Part shown: one piece after another, positions 17,527-26,385 of the stretch
How the letters are laid out: the number at the start of each line of letters is the position of its first letter
How positions within the stretch are numbered: position 1 is the stretch's first letter
Assembly (NCBI GenBank): GCA_044237855.1
Contig: JBIIEM010000001.1
Coordinates: 9,828-41,827, forward strand
Source of the DNA: Chthoniobacteraceae bacterium
Lineage (GTDB): Bacteria > Verrucomicrobiota > Verrucomicrobiia > Chthoniobacterales > Chthoniobacteraceae
DNA: 32,000 nucleotides
Direction of reading: 5' to 3'
Notes under the pieces: model-generated
The model's database searches: none
The model's input: the letters and a program-made list of their open reading frames with translations, nothing else
Told to the model about the DNA's origin: nothing
Position numbers and translations under genes: made by a program

Positions 17527-17605
17527 GCTTGCTGCTGCCGAGTTGACATTACGTCATCCGCTGGCTTTCTAGACTTCCTATTCACCATTTCCGACCGCCG
17601 ATCAT

Positions 17606-18787
17606 ATGTCAAACCGCTTCGAGAGCATCGAATCAGACGAGTTTTCGCGTGAGCAGCCAGCGAGCCCGACTTTGCCCACGAGTCCCTCTGGTTCGGGGAT
17701 TCGTCGTTTAGGGGGCTTGAATCTGCTGCGATGTCTTTCCATCGCCCTGGTCATGGCCAGACATCTCGAACTCGATCGGACTGGTTGGCTGTCCCCGCTG
17801 ATCTCGGTTTTTCGGAAAGGCGGTTGGATCGGAGTGAATCTCTTCTTCGCACTCAGTGGTTATCTCATTTTTAGTTTGTTGATCGGTGAATTGCAGGTCA
17901 CCGGTCGCCTCAATCTTCGCCGCTTCTATGTGCGACGGGCACTGAAAATCCTGCCGCCGCTCTATCTCATCATCCTGCCAGTGATTGTGCTGAGGATATT
18001 CGATCTAAACGACCGGGAGTTCCTCAAGGCAGTCGTAGGCGAACTGACTTTCCTCCAAAACTACGTTGGCAGAATGTTCGTGCATACCTGGTCCCTTGGA
18101 GTCGAAGAGCACAGCTATATTGTGCTTTCGACGCTCGCCCTTTTCTTTGGAGCGCAGATCATTCGCTGGACGGCGCGATTTCCCGCGCTCGCCATCGGGT
18201 TCGCATCCTCAGGCATGGTTGGTTTTCTGATTTTGCGACTCATGGCGGATCCCGAAAGAGTGCCTTCCCTTCTATACAAAACACATCTGGTTGCCGATGG
18301 TTTCATTCCAGGTGTGCTCGCTTCACTGCTGGTGCGGAATACTGTATGGAAGCAGCGGCTGAATGGATGGTCAGTGCGCGCCATTCTTCTGGTTGGCGTC
18401 ATCTTTCTGATGCCGGCTTTTTTGATAGACCGATCGACTCACTTCATGCTCACATGGGGCTACTCGTCGGTGTGTATTGGCAGTGGCTGTCTCCTCTTGG
18501 TGGCACTCAAGCTACCAGATCACCTGCCAACCATCTGCCATTGGCCCATGAAGATCGGTGCCGCGTCCTATTCGATTTATCTGATTCATATTCCAATCGC
18601 CATCGTCTTCTTTGATCTTGTGAACATGTCAGACTTTCTTGCAATACTCGGCTACGTGCTGTGCAGCCTTGTAGCAGGTCTCCTCATCTTCCGTTTGTTC
18701 GAGCTTCCGATCTTGACCTGGCGTGATCGGGTCTTTCCCTCCTTAATTAAAACGCGGTCCGCCATCATCGGACTGAATCGCCAATAA
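17606..18787 (+). CDS. Acyltransferase family 3 membrane O-acyltransferase (second copy in the locus)
   Basis: LNLLRCLSIALVMARH, GVNLFFALSGYLIFS, WSLGVEEHSY and about 9-10 hydrophobic segments. Confidence 0.85.
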   Translation: MSNRFESIESDEFSREQPASPTLPTSPSGSGIRRLGGLNLLRCLSIALVMARHLELDRTGWLSPLISVFRKGGWIGVNLFFALSGYLIFSLLIGELQVTGRLNLRRFYVRRALKILPPLYLIILPVIVLRIFDLNDREFLKAVVGELTFLQNYVGRMFVHTWSLGVEEHSYIVLSTLALFFGAQIIRWTARFPALAIGFASSGMVGFLILRLMADPERVPSLLYKTHLVADGFIPGVLASLLVRNTVWKQRLNGWSVRAILLVGVIFLMPAFLIDRSTHFMLTWGYSSVCIGSGCLLLVALKLPDHLPTICHWPMKIGAASYSIYLIHIPIAIVFFDLVNMSDFLAILGYVLCSLVAGLLIFRLFELPILTWRDRVFPSLIKTRSAIIGLNRQ

Positions 18788-18798
18788 CAACGTATCCA

Positions 18799-19908
18799 AT
18801 GCTCATTAGCCGACTTCTCTACATCATCGACTTCATTCCAAGGGTGCCACGCTCGTTGGAACTCTGGCTCCTTGCGATGGCGGAGTCACTGCGAGCGAAG
18901 GGAGTCGATCTCCATCTTTTGCTCTCAGGCGAAGCTCCCGAGTGGTTCTGCACACAATTCAAAGCCGCGGGTGGCACATTACACTGGGACGCATGCATGC
19001 GCGGTTGTTTTGATGTTGCCAAGGTAAAGCAGGTGGTGGCCGCTGTGCGCCCTGAAGCTTTGTGCTTTTCGTTCTATCCGATGCTGTCGCCGCACGTGCT
19101 GCGTTTTGCATTTGCGCCGGGAGTCAAACGCATATTTTATAGCGATCATAGCTCCATTCCCTTGCGCGAGTCGCATGGATTCAAACGCCTGTTGATGCTG
19201 TTGCGCGGTCGGTTATTGGGCCGACTTTACCATCGTATCATCACTGTCTCGGATTTCAAACGCGAACGCCTTGTGACACGCCTCGGCCTGCCTCAGCAGC
19301 GTATCGTGCGCATCTACAACGGCGTGGATTTGAAGCGATTCGCCAACGCCACGGGTCACGCGAGTGACGACGCACCGCTATTCTTCGCGGGACAGATTGC
19401 CGGCGTCAAAGGGATAGCCACGCTTCTGGAAGCTTGGCAAATTGCGGACCGTCGGCGTGCAATGCCGCGACTGCTGCTTGCTGGCGACGGGCCGTTGCGC
19501 GAAACTTTTCAACAACAAGTGGCAGACAAAGGCCTCGCCGGAAGAATCGAATTTCTCGGTCTGCGACCCGATGTGCCAGAGTTGATGATGGCTGCGCGGC
19601 TCATCCTCATCCCAAGCGAATGGGACGAAGCCTGTGCCTTTGTCTCACTGGAAGCGATGGCTTCCGGACGCCCGGTGCTCGCGTCGGATGCAGGCTCGTT
19701 GCCCGATCTGCTTGGCGAGCACGGCAACCTCTTCCGCAAAGGCAACGTTGGCGAACTGGCGGAAAAGCTCGTCGAACTTCTGGATCCCTCGCAGCGTGCG
19801 CGCCTGGATGCACAGGGGGCGGCGCTGCGCACGCGCGCGCTGGCCAAGTTTGACATGGCCCAAATGATCAGCGCCTACACGCGGGTGTTCACTGCCCCAT
19901 TTCGCTGA
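18799..19908 (+). CDS. Glycosyltransferase family 4 (GT-B)
   Basis: LFFAGQIAGVKGIATLLEAW, LLLAGDGPLRE, and IPSEWDEACAFVSLEAMASGRPVLASDAGSLPDLLGEHGNLF (E-x7-E). It starts 11 nt after the acyltransferase gene. Confidence 0.9.
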   Translation: MLISRLLYIIDFIPRVPRSLELWLLAMAESLRAKGVDLHLLLSGEAPEWFCTQFKAAGGTLHWDACMRGCFDVAKVKQVVAAVRPEALCFSFYPMLSPHVLRFAFAPGVKRIFYSDHSSIPLRESHGFKRLLMLLRGRLLGRLYHRIITVSDFKRERLVTRLGLPQQRIVRIYNGVDLKRFANATGHASDDAPLFFAGQIAGVKGIATLLEAWQIADRRRAMPRLLLAGDGPLRETFQQQVADKGLAGRIEFLGLRPDVPELMMAARLILIPSEWDEACAFVSLEAMASGRPVLASDAGSLPDLLGEHGNLFRKGNVGELAEKLVELLDPSQRARLDAQGAALRTRALAKFDMAQMISAYTRVFTAPFR

Positions 19909-19988
19909 GGCGGTTGCACGGGTTTCTGAATCACACCACCACGGGGGCCTGTTTAGCGCCGTGGAAAGTTTGCATCGCATCGCACCAC

Positions 19989-20738
19989 TCAGGCGTGTGC
20001 CGACGGACTCGGCGGTTTCGTCGCTTCCGCGATCATGCTTTCAAAACGGTTGATGTCTTCGCCGACAATTTTGCCGTGGGATTCGAGGCCGGCGAGAGTG
20101 GTATCATCGCTCCGGCCAGGTTCGTGAAACGTCGGCCCGGCAAAGCCTGCTGTCGTGAGCGCAAGGGTGAGCAATTCCGGCGAGTAAACGAACACCAAAG
20201 AATGGCCGCGGAAAAAATAGTTCAGGACAAAGGCCGCCTCGCACTGCTTGACCTGTGGAAGGTATCGCTCGACGGCCCATCGGACGTAGCTCCGCTGGAT
20301 TTCCTCCGCACCTTGGGGGCCGGCAAGGGTCAGGATGTTCTCCAGATTCGGTGTGGAAAGACGGATTCGGCCACCCGGTTTCAAGACCCGAAGACATTCG
20401 CGCAGCATGAACAGGCCGACGGGATAAGTGAACTCCCCGAGGACATGCTCGCTGAAAATGTAGTCAAACGTTCCGTCGGGAAACGGAAACGGTTTCGTTG
20501 CATCGAGGTAAACCTGACCCGGCCGGGTCGGGACATAGTCCGTGTTCAGCCAGCCATCGAGCAGATTGGGCCCGCTGCCGATCTGGAGTTTTCGGGTGGC
20601 CCGGCCCTGCAGGTAGGAGCGAATCAGTTTCGGCCGGGCCAGCCAGGCTCCAAAGCGGCGTGCATCCGACGGGAGTGAGCGAACGGCGGTGGCGAGAGCG
20701 ACGAGAGCCTGGGATCTTTTAATGAGGTTCCGAACCAT
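19989..20738 (-). CDS. Class I SAM-dependent methyltransferase
   Basis: LQIGSGPNLLDGWLNTD, FDYIFSEHVLGEF and VLKPGGRIRLSTPN. ATG at 20736-20738. Confidence 0.85.
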   Translation of the reverse strand: MVRNLIKRSQALVALATAVRSLPSDARRFGAWLARPKLIRSYLQGRATRKLQIGSGPNLLDGWLNTDYVPTRPGQVYLDATKPFPFPDGTFDYIFSEHVLGEFTYPVGLFMLRECLRVLKPGGRIRLSTPNLENILTLAGPQGAEEIQRSYVRWAVERYLPQVKQCEAAFVLNYFFRGHSLVFVYSPELLTLALTTAGFAGPTFHEPGRSDDTTLAGLESHGKIVGEDINRFESMIAEATKPPSPSAHA

Positions 20739-20797
20739 GTGTGAACGTTCCTAGAAAGGAATGGGTGCCCGCGTCAATCACCGCACGACCCGGACCG

Positions 20798-22165
20798 TCA
20801 CTTCCGGAGGGAACCGTCACGGGGCGATTCCTCCGCCGTCCGCCAATGTAATGCAAAGGCCCCGATTGCCGGTGCCGCCAGATCCGCCCGCACCTCGGCG
20901 GTCCCAACGGTCTGCAGCCGCGCCTCGGGCGGGTGATGAACCGCAGCCGCCAGCGGATTCGGAAACGGCGCATCGGGCGGACTGGCCGTGGTGCGGACGC
21001 CTGCGCCGATGAGCGGCGAGTCTGCCACCGGGCGCAGCCGGTCCGCCTTCAGGCCGGAGAAGCCCGCGTCCACGCCGGCAATTGTCCGCACCCACTGAGC
21101 GGGCACTCCGCGTGCAGAGCGATGCACCCAATTTGCCGCCCCACTCACCCGGCGGACGCCACCGACCCATTCCGCCCGCGCATCCTCGAACACCGCTCCG
21201 GAACCCGGAGAGAATACGTTATTGTGCATCTCCACACTCTCGACGCCGAAGCGCGCGTGGATCTGCGACTCCGGTTTGTTGGAACGATGGATGAATGTGT
21301 TGTTCAGGAACCGGTAGCGGCCGTTGCTCTGGCCGGTGCCGTCGCCGCCGATGCGCACGTTCCGCCCGTTCCTGGCGGCGATCAAAACGTTACCGACCAC
21401 GTCGCTGTCCTCCCTAGCGCGATCCGCAGGAACACCGCTGGCCGGATCCGCACCGACGAGATCCAGATTGTGGTAGAAGGCGTTGCTGATCCAGTTGCTG
21501 TAAATATTGTTTCGTTCCGCGCGGGACTTGACGTTGTTGCCGCCCCTGCCGTCGTGGATGTAGCAGAATTGCAGCCGGAAGACGGCTCGGGGACATGCCT
21601 CCTCGTCCGTGGCGATGTAAAGCTGATGATTCGCATCCCCGCCGCCGCAGTCATAGACCTCGCAATTCTCCACGGTCAGGCTGCCGGATCCATGGTCGGA
21701 TGACATGATGCCGTTCGTGCATGCGTGGACGACGCAATCGCGGATGGTGATATCGTCGGCGCGATGATTCAGGCCGCGGCCTGCGACGTCAACGATCTCG
21801 AATCCCTCGAACACGTAATGGCTGCGGGAAAAGTCAACGCCGTTGCGACCGCCGGCAATCAGCGGACGTTTTCCGTTCATCTTCTCGCCGCGGATGGTGA
21901 TCGGACGATCGGCCTTACCTGCTTGGCTGAAGGTGATCCCTCCATCGTAGCGTTGGTCGCCGTCCACGAGCACCAGATCGCCGGGGACGAGCAAACCCTC
22001 GATCTCCTGAATGGTCCGGTGCGACCGCGTGGGGCCAATGCGGTAAACGCCGGCGGCAGGTTCAGCGCCGGTGACCGCCGCCACGAACGACAGCGACAGA
22101 GCGAGAAGCAACCCGAATGCGGATCCTTTTTTTCGATGGCCTTCCCGATTTCTGCCGGTTTGCAT
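20798..22165 (-). CDS. Secreted right-handed parallel beta-helix repeat protein (pectate-lyase-fold; possible glycan lyase, epimerase or hydrolase)
   Basis: Trimmed to ATG 22163-22165. MQTGRNREGHRKKGSAFGLLLALSLSFVAAVTGAEP is a signal peptide. Short beta-helix-like turns recur: ITIRDCVVHAC, LTVENCEVYDCGGG, FCYIHDGRGGNNV, NNIYSNWISNAF, VVGNVLIAA, NNTFIH, MHNNVF. Confidence 0.8.
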   Translation of the reverse strand: MQTGRNREGHRKKGSAFGLLLALSLSFVAAVTGAEPAAGVYRIGPTRSHRTIQEIEGLLVPGDLVLVDGDQRYDGGITFSQAGKADRPITIRGEKMNGKRPLIAGGRNGVDFSRSHYVFEGFEIVDVAGRGLNHRADDITIRDCVVHACTNGIMSSDHGSGSLTVENCEVYDCGGGDANHQLYIATDEEACPRAVFRLQFCYIHDGRGGNNVKSRAERNNIYSNWISNAFYHNLDLVGADPASGVPADRAREDSDVVGNVLIAARNGRNVRIGGDGTGQSNGRYRFLNNTFIHRSNKPESQIHARFGVESVEMHNNVFSPGSGAVFEDARAEWVGGVRRVSGAANWVHRSARGVPAQWVRTIAGVDAGFSGLKADRLRPVADSPLIGAGVRTTASPPDAPFPNPLAAAVHHPPEARLQTVGTAEVRADLAAPAIGAFALHWRTAEESPRDGSLRK

Positions 22166-22327
22166 TTCCACGGAACAATCCGTGCGGTGTTCACCAAGGA
22201 ACGGCGTGCCTCCGCTTTTCCAAATTTTTTCGGCAAGCAAGCTGATGATCGTCATTTGAAAGTCTCACGAGATTGGACGTGCGACGCGCGAAACACGAGC
22301 GGCCAAAACGCGGATCTGTCTGGCAAG

Positions 22328-22981
22328 TCAGGGGGTCTGTTCCTCGCCCGCGCCGGTCGGGTTCTTACCGCGGGAGCCGGGCTTCGTCCCGGCAGGCGGT
22401 TTCCGTTCGTTGGGCGGCTTCACTTCCGTAACGGGTTCGGTCAGACTCCGCGGCGGCACACTGATCCGGAATCCAGGTAAAAAACTGCCCGGCTGGAGCG
22501 GATCACGCGGCAAGAGCGGCGGAAGATCGTTGCTGCCAAAAAGCGAACCGTCCTGCAGCACCGCGGCACCGTTCGCCGAGCTCATACCGTTCCGTCCGCC
22601 GCCCCATGGGAGGCGTTGGAGCGCCGCAAAATTCACGTTCGTTCTCCGGGGAGTCTGAGGTGGTCGCGTGGGCGTCAAGGCCGTCGGCGTCACGTAGCCC
22701 ATGTGCCCCGCGTCCGTCACCACACGGGTGAATCCAAATTCCCGTTTCAAGGCCACCAAGTGCGTCCCCTTTGGGAGCATGAAATCCGGAGCCGAGCTTC
22801 GCCCCGACCAGTAGGAATAAAACGGCGTGCTTTTGACCGACACCTCGTAGTGCCCGATATCGGCCCCGCGGTCCATCGTCTTGCACCCGGAAAAGCCAAG
22901 CGCCAGGACCGCAGCACAGACAGCCAGTGTGAAGCACAGGCGCAAATTGGCTTCGGCTCGCAGCACCCGGCTCAAACGCAT
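22328..22981 (-). CDS. Lipoprotein with an SH3-like domain and a Pro-rich C-terminal tail
   Basis: Trimmed to ATG 22979-22981, preceded by GGAGGA. MRLSRVLRAEANLRLCFTLAVCAAVLALGFSGC carries a lipobox-like FSGC. YEVSVKSTPFYSYWSGRSSAPDFMLPKGTHLVALKREFGFTRVVTDAGHMGYV fits the bacterial SH3 pattern. Confidence 0.65.
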   Translation of the reverse strand: MRLSRVLRAEANLRLCFTLAVCAAVLALGFSGCKTMDRGADIGHYEVSVKSTPFYSYWSGRSSAPDFMLPKGTHLVALKREFGFTRVVTDAGHMGYVTPTALTPTRPPQTPRRTNVNFAALQRLPWGGGRNGMSSANGAAVLQDGSLFGSNDLPPLLPRDPLQPGSFLPGFRISVPPRSLTEPVTEVKPPNERKPPAGTKPGSRGKNPTGAGEEQTP

Positions 22982-23307
22982 TTCCTCCGGTTCTGCTGCT
23001 GACCATTCGCTTCCTCGCACGGCCAACTGTTGCCCGACCGTCCGTACATCGGCACGACGCGGTGATGCATCCAGGCAGCCTCGCTCAGCCCGGTCGGGCG
23101 CATGCTGAATGGAATAAAATTTGGGGTTGTCGCCCGGACGCATCAGGGTCTGACGCATACTCGGAGGCGTATCCGGTGGCAAAGTCTTTCGTTTTGAGGC
23201 GTCGATGCTGGCAGGCATGGGGTTGTTCGCAGATTTCCGGGAACGGCTCGTTCGCGAAGCGTCCGAGTTGGACAGTTCCGGGAGTGGCGGCCCGTCCACC
23301 CTCGGCG

Positions 23308-24222
23308 TCACCGGCCCCGAAACCAGTGCACCGTCGCCGCGAGAGCCTCGTCGAAACCGGACTTCGGCGCGAAGCCGGTCGCGCAAAGTTTTTCGACCGA
23401 CGCCGTGGAATGCCTCACATCGCCGGGCCGCCCGGGCTTGTAAACGATCGGCGATGCGGATCCTGCGAGCGCGACGATTTTCCTGGCAAGTTCATTGACG
23501 GTGATGCGACCGCCCCTCGCGACGTTGAAGACACCCGTGAGACCCTGCGTTGTCGCGGCGTGGACGTTTGCAGCCACGACATCCAGCACGCTCACAAAAT
23601 CACGCGTCTGCTCCCCATCGCCATAAATTGTAAGAGGCCGTCCTGCGAGCGCCGACTCGATGAAAGCGGGAATGGCAGCGGCGTACGAACCGCGCGGATC
23701 CTGCCGGGGACCGAAGACATTGAAGTACCGGAGGGCGGCAGTCTCGAGAAGCCCCTCACGCTGGAACATTCCGCAATAGAATTCGCCATCGAGCTTCGTG
23801 ATCGCGTACGGGCTGCGCGGCTCCGGCATCATGGTTTCGACCTTCGGCACGATCGGATTGTCGCCGTAGATGGCGGCGGATGAGGAAAAGCACAGCTTCC
23901 TCACCTTCGCCCGTGCCGCCTCCTGAAGGACGATCAGCGTTCCGGTGGTATTGGTCGCGACGCACTCAACAGGCTGCGTCATGGACTCCGCGACACTCAC
24001 CATCGCCGCCAGGTGAAAAACGAAGTCCACCCCTTGCACCGCAGCCCGCACCGTGTCGCGATCGGCAATCGTTCCTTCGATGAATTCGTGACGCACTCCC
24101 GCCAGATTCGCTTTCGCTCCAGTGCGGAGGTTATCCAGCACGCGCACGGTGGCTTTTTCCTGAATGCTTCGAGCCAGGTGGCTTCCGATAAATCCTGCGC
24201 CGCCGGTGATGAGAACATTCAT
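23308..24222 (-). CDS. NAD-dependent epimerase/dehydratase, extended SDR (UDP-sugar 4-epimerase, WbpP/TviC-like)
   Basis: MNVLITGGAGFIGSHL is a Rossmann GxxGxxG motif. Also VLDNLRTGAKANL and SSSAAIYG ... SPYAITK (catalytic YxxxK). Confidence 0.9.
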   Translation of the reverse strand: MNVLITGGAGFIGSHLARSIQEKATVRVLDNLRTGAKANLAGVRHEFIEGTIADRDTVRAAVQGVDFVFHLAAMVSVAESMTQPVECVATNTTGTLIVLQEAARAKVRKLCFSSSAAIYGDNPIVPKVETMMPEPRSPYAITKLDGEFYCGMFQREGLLETAALRYFNVFGPRQDPRGSYAAAIPAFIESALAGRPLTIYGDGEQTRDFVSVLDVVAANVHAATTQGLTGVFNVARGGRITVNELARKIVALAGSASPIVYKPGRPGDVRHSTASVEKLCATGFAPKSGFDEALAATVHWFRGR

Positions 24223-24494
24223 GGTCTGAGATTAAAAGCGGCCGTGCGCAGTGGAATTTGGGTTTGCGGATCGAACCGTGATAACCGGGGATAGAGCGAT
24301 GCAAGTCTCAATTCGCGGCGTGATTGATTTCGCGTCCAAGGGGAAATTATAGAGCGGTGCAAATTGAATAATCCTAAATTCCGCAGTTGATGTATGACAA
24401 TTTCATCCTGCGGCGGGCTTCAGAAAGGCGAAATCGGGCGCTCGGGCGTTTGAAGATTTCAACTGCGGCGCAGTTTGTTCCAGGCAGCGCAAAC

Positions 24495-25415
24495 TCAGGA
24501 ACGAACGGGAATGAGCGAAAAAATCGCATCGCGCCCCGGAATCGAAGGCTGTGCACCGATGCCCTGCGTCGCCAGTGCTCCCGCGGCGTTGGCAAAATGG
24601 ATTGCTTCCTCCAACGCCATGCCACTGGCGCTGGCGATTGTGAACGCCCCCGCGAAGGCGTCTCCCGCACCCACGGTGTCCACGGGGATGACCTGCGGCG
24701 GCGCGATCTTCAGGATTCCGCTCACGGTGATGACGAGCGTGGGATCGCTGCCGCGGGTGATGATCATTTGCCGGCAATGAGCGGCGGCGCGTGCGCGTTG
24801 CGGCTCGGCGTCGATCTCGGCGTGCGTCATGGAAACGAGCGCGGCCGCCTCCTGCGCATTGAGGATGAGCGTGTCCACTTCCACTCGGGCTCGGATGAAT
24901 TCAGAAGTCAGCGGTGACGGATTGAGGATCACCGGGACTCCGGCTGCAGTGGCGATGTGGATCGCGTGGAGCACGGTCGGCAACGGGCATTCCAGTTGGA
25001 GCAGCAGGGCAGCGGCGGAGCGGATGAGGGCGGCGTGCTCATCAACATGAATGGGCATGAGCGCGTGATTCGCACCCGGACTGACGACGATGCTGTTTTC
25101 GCCGGAGTCATCGACCGTGATGAAGGCACAGCCGGTTGACGGACCGGCTTTCATGATGGCCCCGGTGTGGATGCCTTCGCTGCGCAGATGCTCGATGTAT
25201 CGGGTGCCGGCATCATCTTCGCCCACGCAGCCGATGAGCGTGACATCCCCGCCAGCCCATGCGGCAGCGAGTGCCTGGTTCGCGCCCTTCCCGCCAAAGC
25301 ATGTGAAGGCGGCGGTGGCGGTGAGAGTCTCGCCGGGTGTCGGAATGTGCGGAACGCGCAACGTGTGATCCACGTTCAGTGAACCGATGACGACGATCTT
25401 CGGGGGCTGGGGCAT
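24495..25415 (-). CDS. rbsK: Ribokinase (PfkB family)
   Basis: IVVIGSLNVDH, FGGKGANQALAAAWAG (the ribokinase GGKGANQA motif) and DTVGAGDAFAGAF (PfkB signature 2). Confidence 0.9.
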   Translation of the reverse strand: MPQPPKIVVIGSLNVDHTLRVPHIPTPGETLTATAAFTCFGGKGANQALAAAWAGGDVTLIGCVGEDDAGTRYIEHLRSEGIHTGAIMKAGPSTGCAFITVDDSGENSIVVSPGANHALMPIHVDEHAALIRSAAALLLQLECPLPTVLHAIHIATAAGVPVILNPSPLTSEFIRARVEVDTLILNAQEAAALVSMTHAEIDAEPQRARAAAHCRQMIITRGSDPTLVITVSGILKIAPPQVIPVDTVGAGDAFAGAFTIASASGMALEEAIHFANAAGALATQGIGAQPSIPGRDAIFSLIPVRS

Positions 25416-25856
25416 CAGGCAGCGTGCGCCCGGCGCGGCTGAAGTTTCAATTCATCATCCCGCGCGCTCCGCATCTGGACGCCATACCGTCCTCGCGGTT
25501 CAGAAGACGCGTGGCGGCTGAGAAAATTCGGTGAGGCAGCAACAACCGCTTCGACCCGCTCAACTCGTGTAGCACGGATTTCGCCAGCGATCGCAGTGTG
25601 TGGTCTTCGCGGACCCGGAGGCCCGACACCCGGCGTGAAGTACGCAATCTCGCTTTCGCGAATTTCACGCAACGCGAGTACCCGACACATCGGATGCTCC
25701 AGGAATTGATCCAACTCGACGGCTCCGACTCGGCCGCGGGCGATCTCGCCACCCGCCTGCTGCCGTGGCGCTCGTGCATGGTTGCGAGGGCGTCTGGAAT
25801 GCAATATTGGGGAAGATTCCCTGTCATCTCCAGAGCATCTGTGCCACACACGGCGC

Positions 25857-26204
25857 ATGAATGTGGAACGACTCAAGTATGTGATCTGGGCGGCGGATAT
25901 GCCGCGTGCGGTGGCTTTTTACGCCAAGGTCTTCGGCGGCACGGTGCTGAAGCAGAATGAGATCATCAGCGAGGTGTCTGTTTGTGGCGGCGTGATCGGC
26001 ATACACGGCGGGGGCGAAGGAAAGCGGACGTGGACGGGGCTCAGCTTCCAAGTGCCCGATGTGATCGCGGGCGCGTCGGAAATCGTGGCGGCAGGCGGTC
26101 AGCTCGTACGTGAACCGCAGCCGGAAGATGGCGATGCACCGCATTTGGCCATGTGCGTGGACACGGAGGGAAATGAAATTATGCTCACGCGGAAGCGCCC
26201 GTAA
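25857..26204 (+). CDS. VOC (glyoxalase/bleomycin-resistance fold) family protein
   Basis: Trimmed to ATG 25857-25859. MNVERLKYVIWAADMPRAVAFYAKVFGG ... HLAMCVDTEGNEIML is typical of small VOC proteins (115 aa). Confidence 0.75.
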   Translation: MNVERLKYVIWAADMPRAVAFYAKVFGGTVLKQNEIISEVSVCGGVIGIHGGGEGKRTWTGLSFQVPDVIAGASEIVAAGGQLVREPQPEDGDAPHLAMCVDTEGNEIMLTRKRP

Positions 26205-26385
26205 AGGAGCGGTCCCCTGCGAGGGTAATTTGCGCGGCGCGTGCGGCCTCTTGCGGGGCTTTATCCGTGAACTGCGATCTTTCCGGGACGGTGTTACTTC
26301 ATCCGGAAAAAGTGCGCTTGAATGCGGGACTGCAAGGAATTCGCTTCCGCGCCCGCCGCACCGCAAACGGTCAGAATGCGGACGG

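Noticed and set aside
24266-24280. A GGTTCGATCC-like T-loop sequence on the minus strand (a possible tRNA).
   Set aside because: The flanking bases do not form a T-stem (cacgg versus ccgca), and no acceptor or anticodon arms could be built. I saw no convincing tRNA anywhere in the window.
24346-24351. A perfect TATAAT on the minus strand, about 125 nt upstream of the epimerase ATG, as a promoter -10 box.
   Set aside because: No acceptable -35 hexamer lies at 16-18 nt spacing (TTGCAC is only 5 nt away), and the promoter consensus for this lineage is unknown to me. Not reported as a feature.
26275-26315. Hairpin ttccgg...ccggaa between the VOC and TPR genes as a bidirectional terminator. The similar weak 6-bp stem at 19938-19964 falls in the same category.
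   Set aside because: The stems are only 6 bp, with large loops and no U-tract on the relevant strand.
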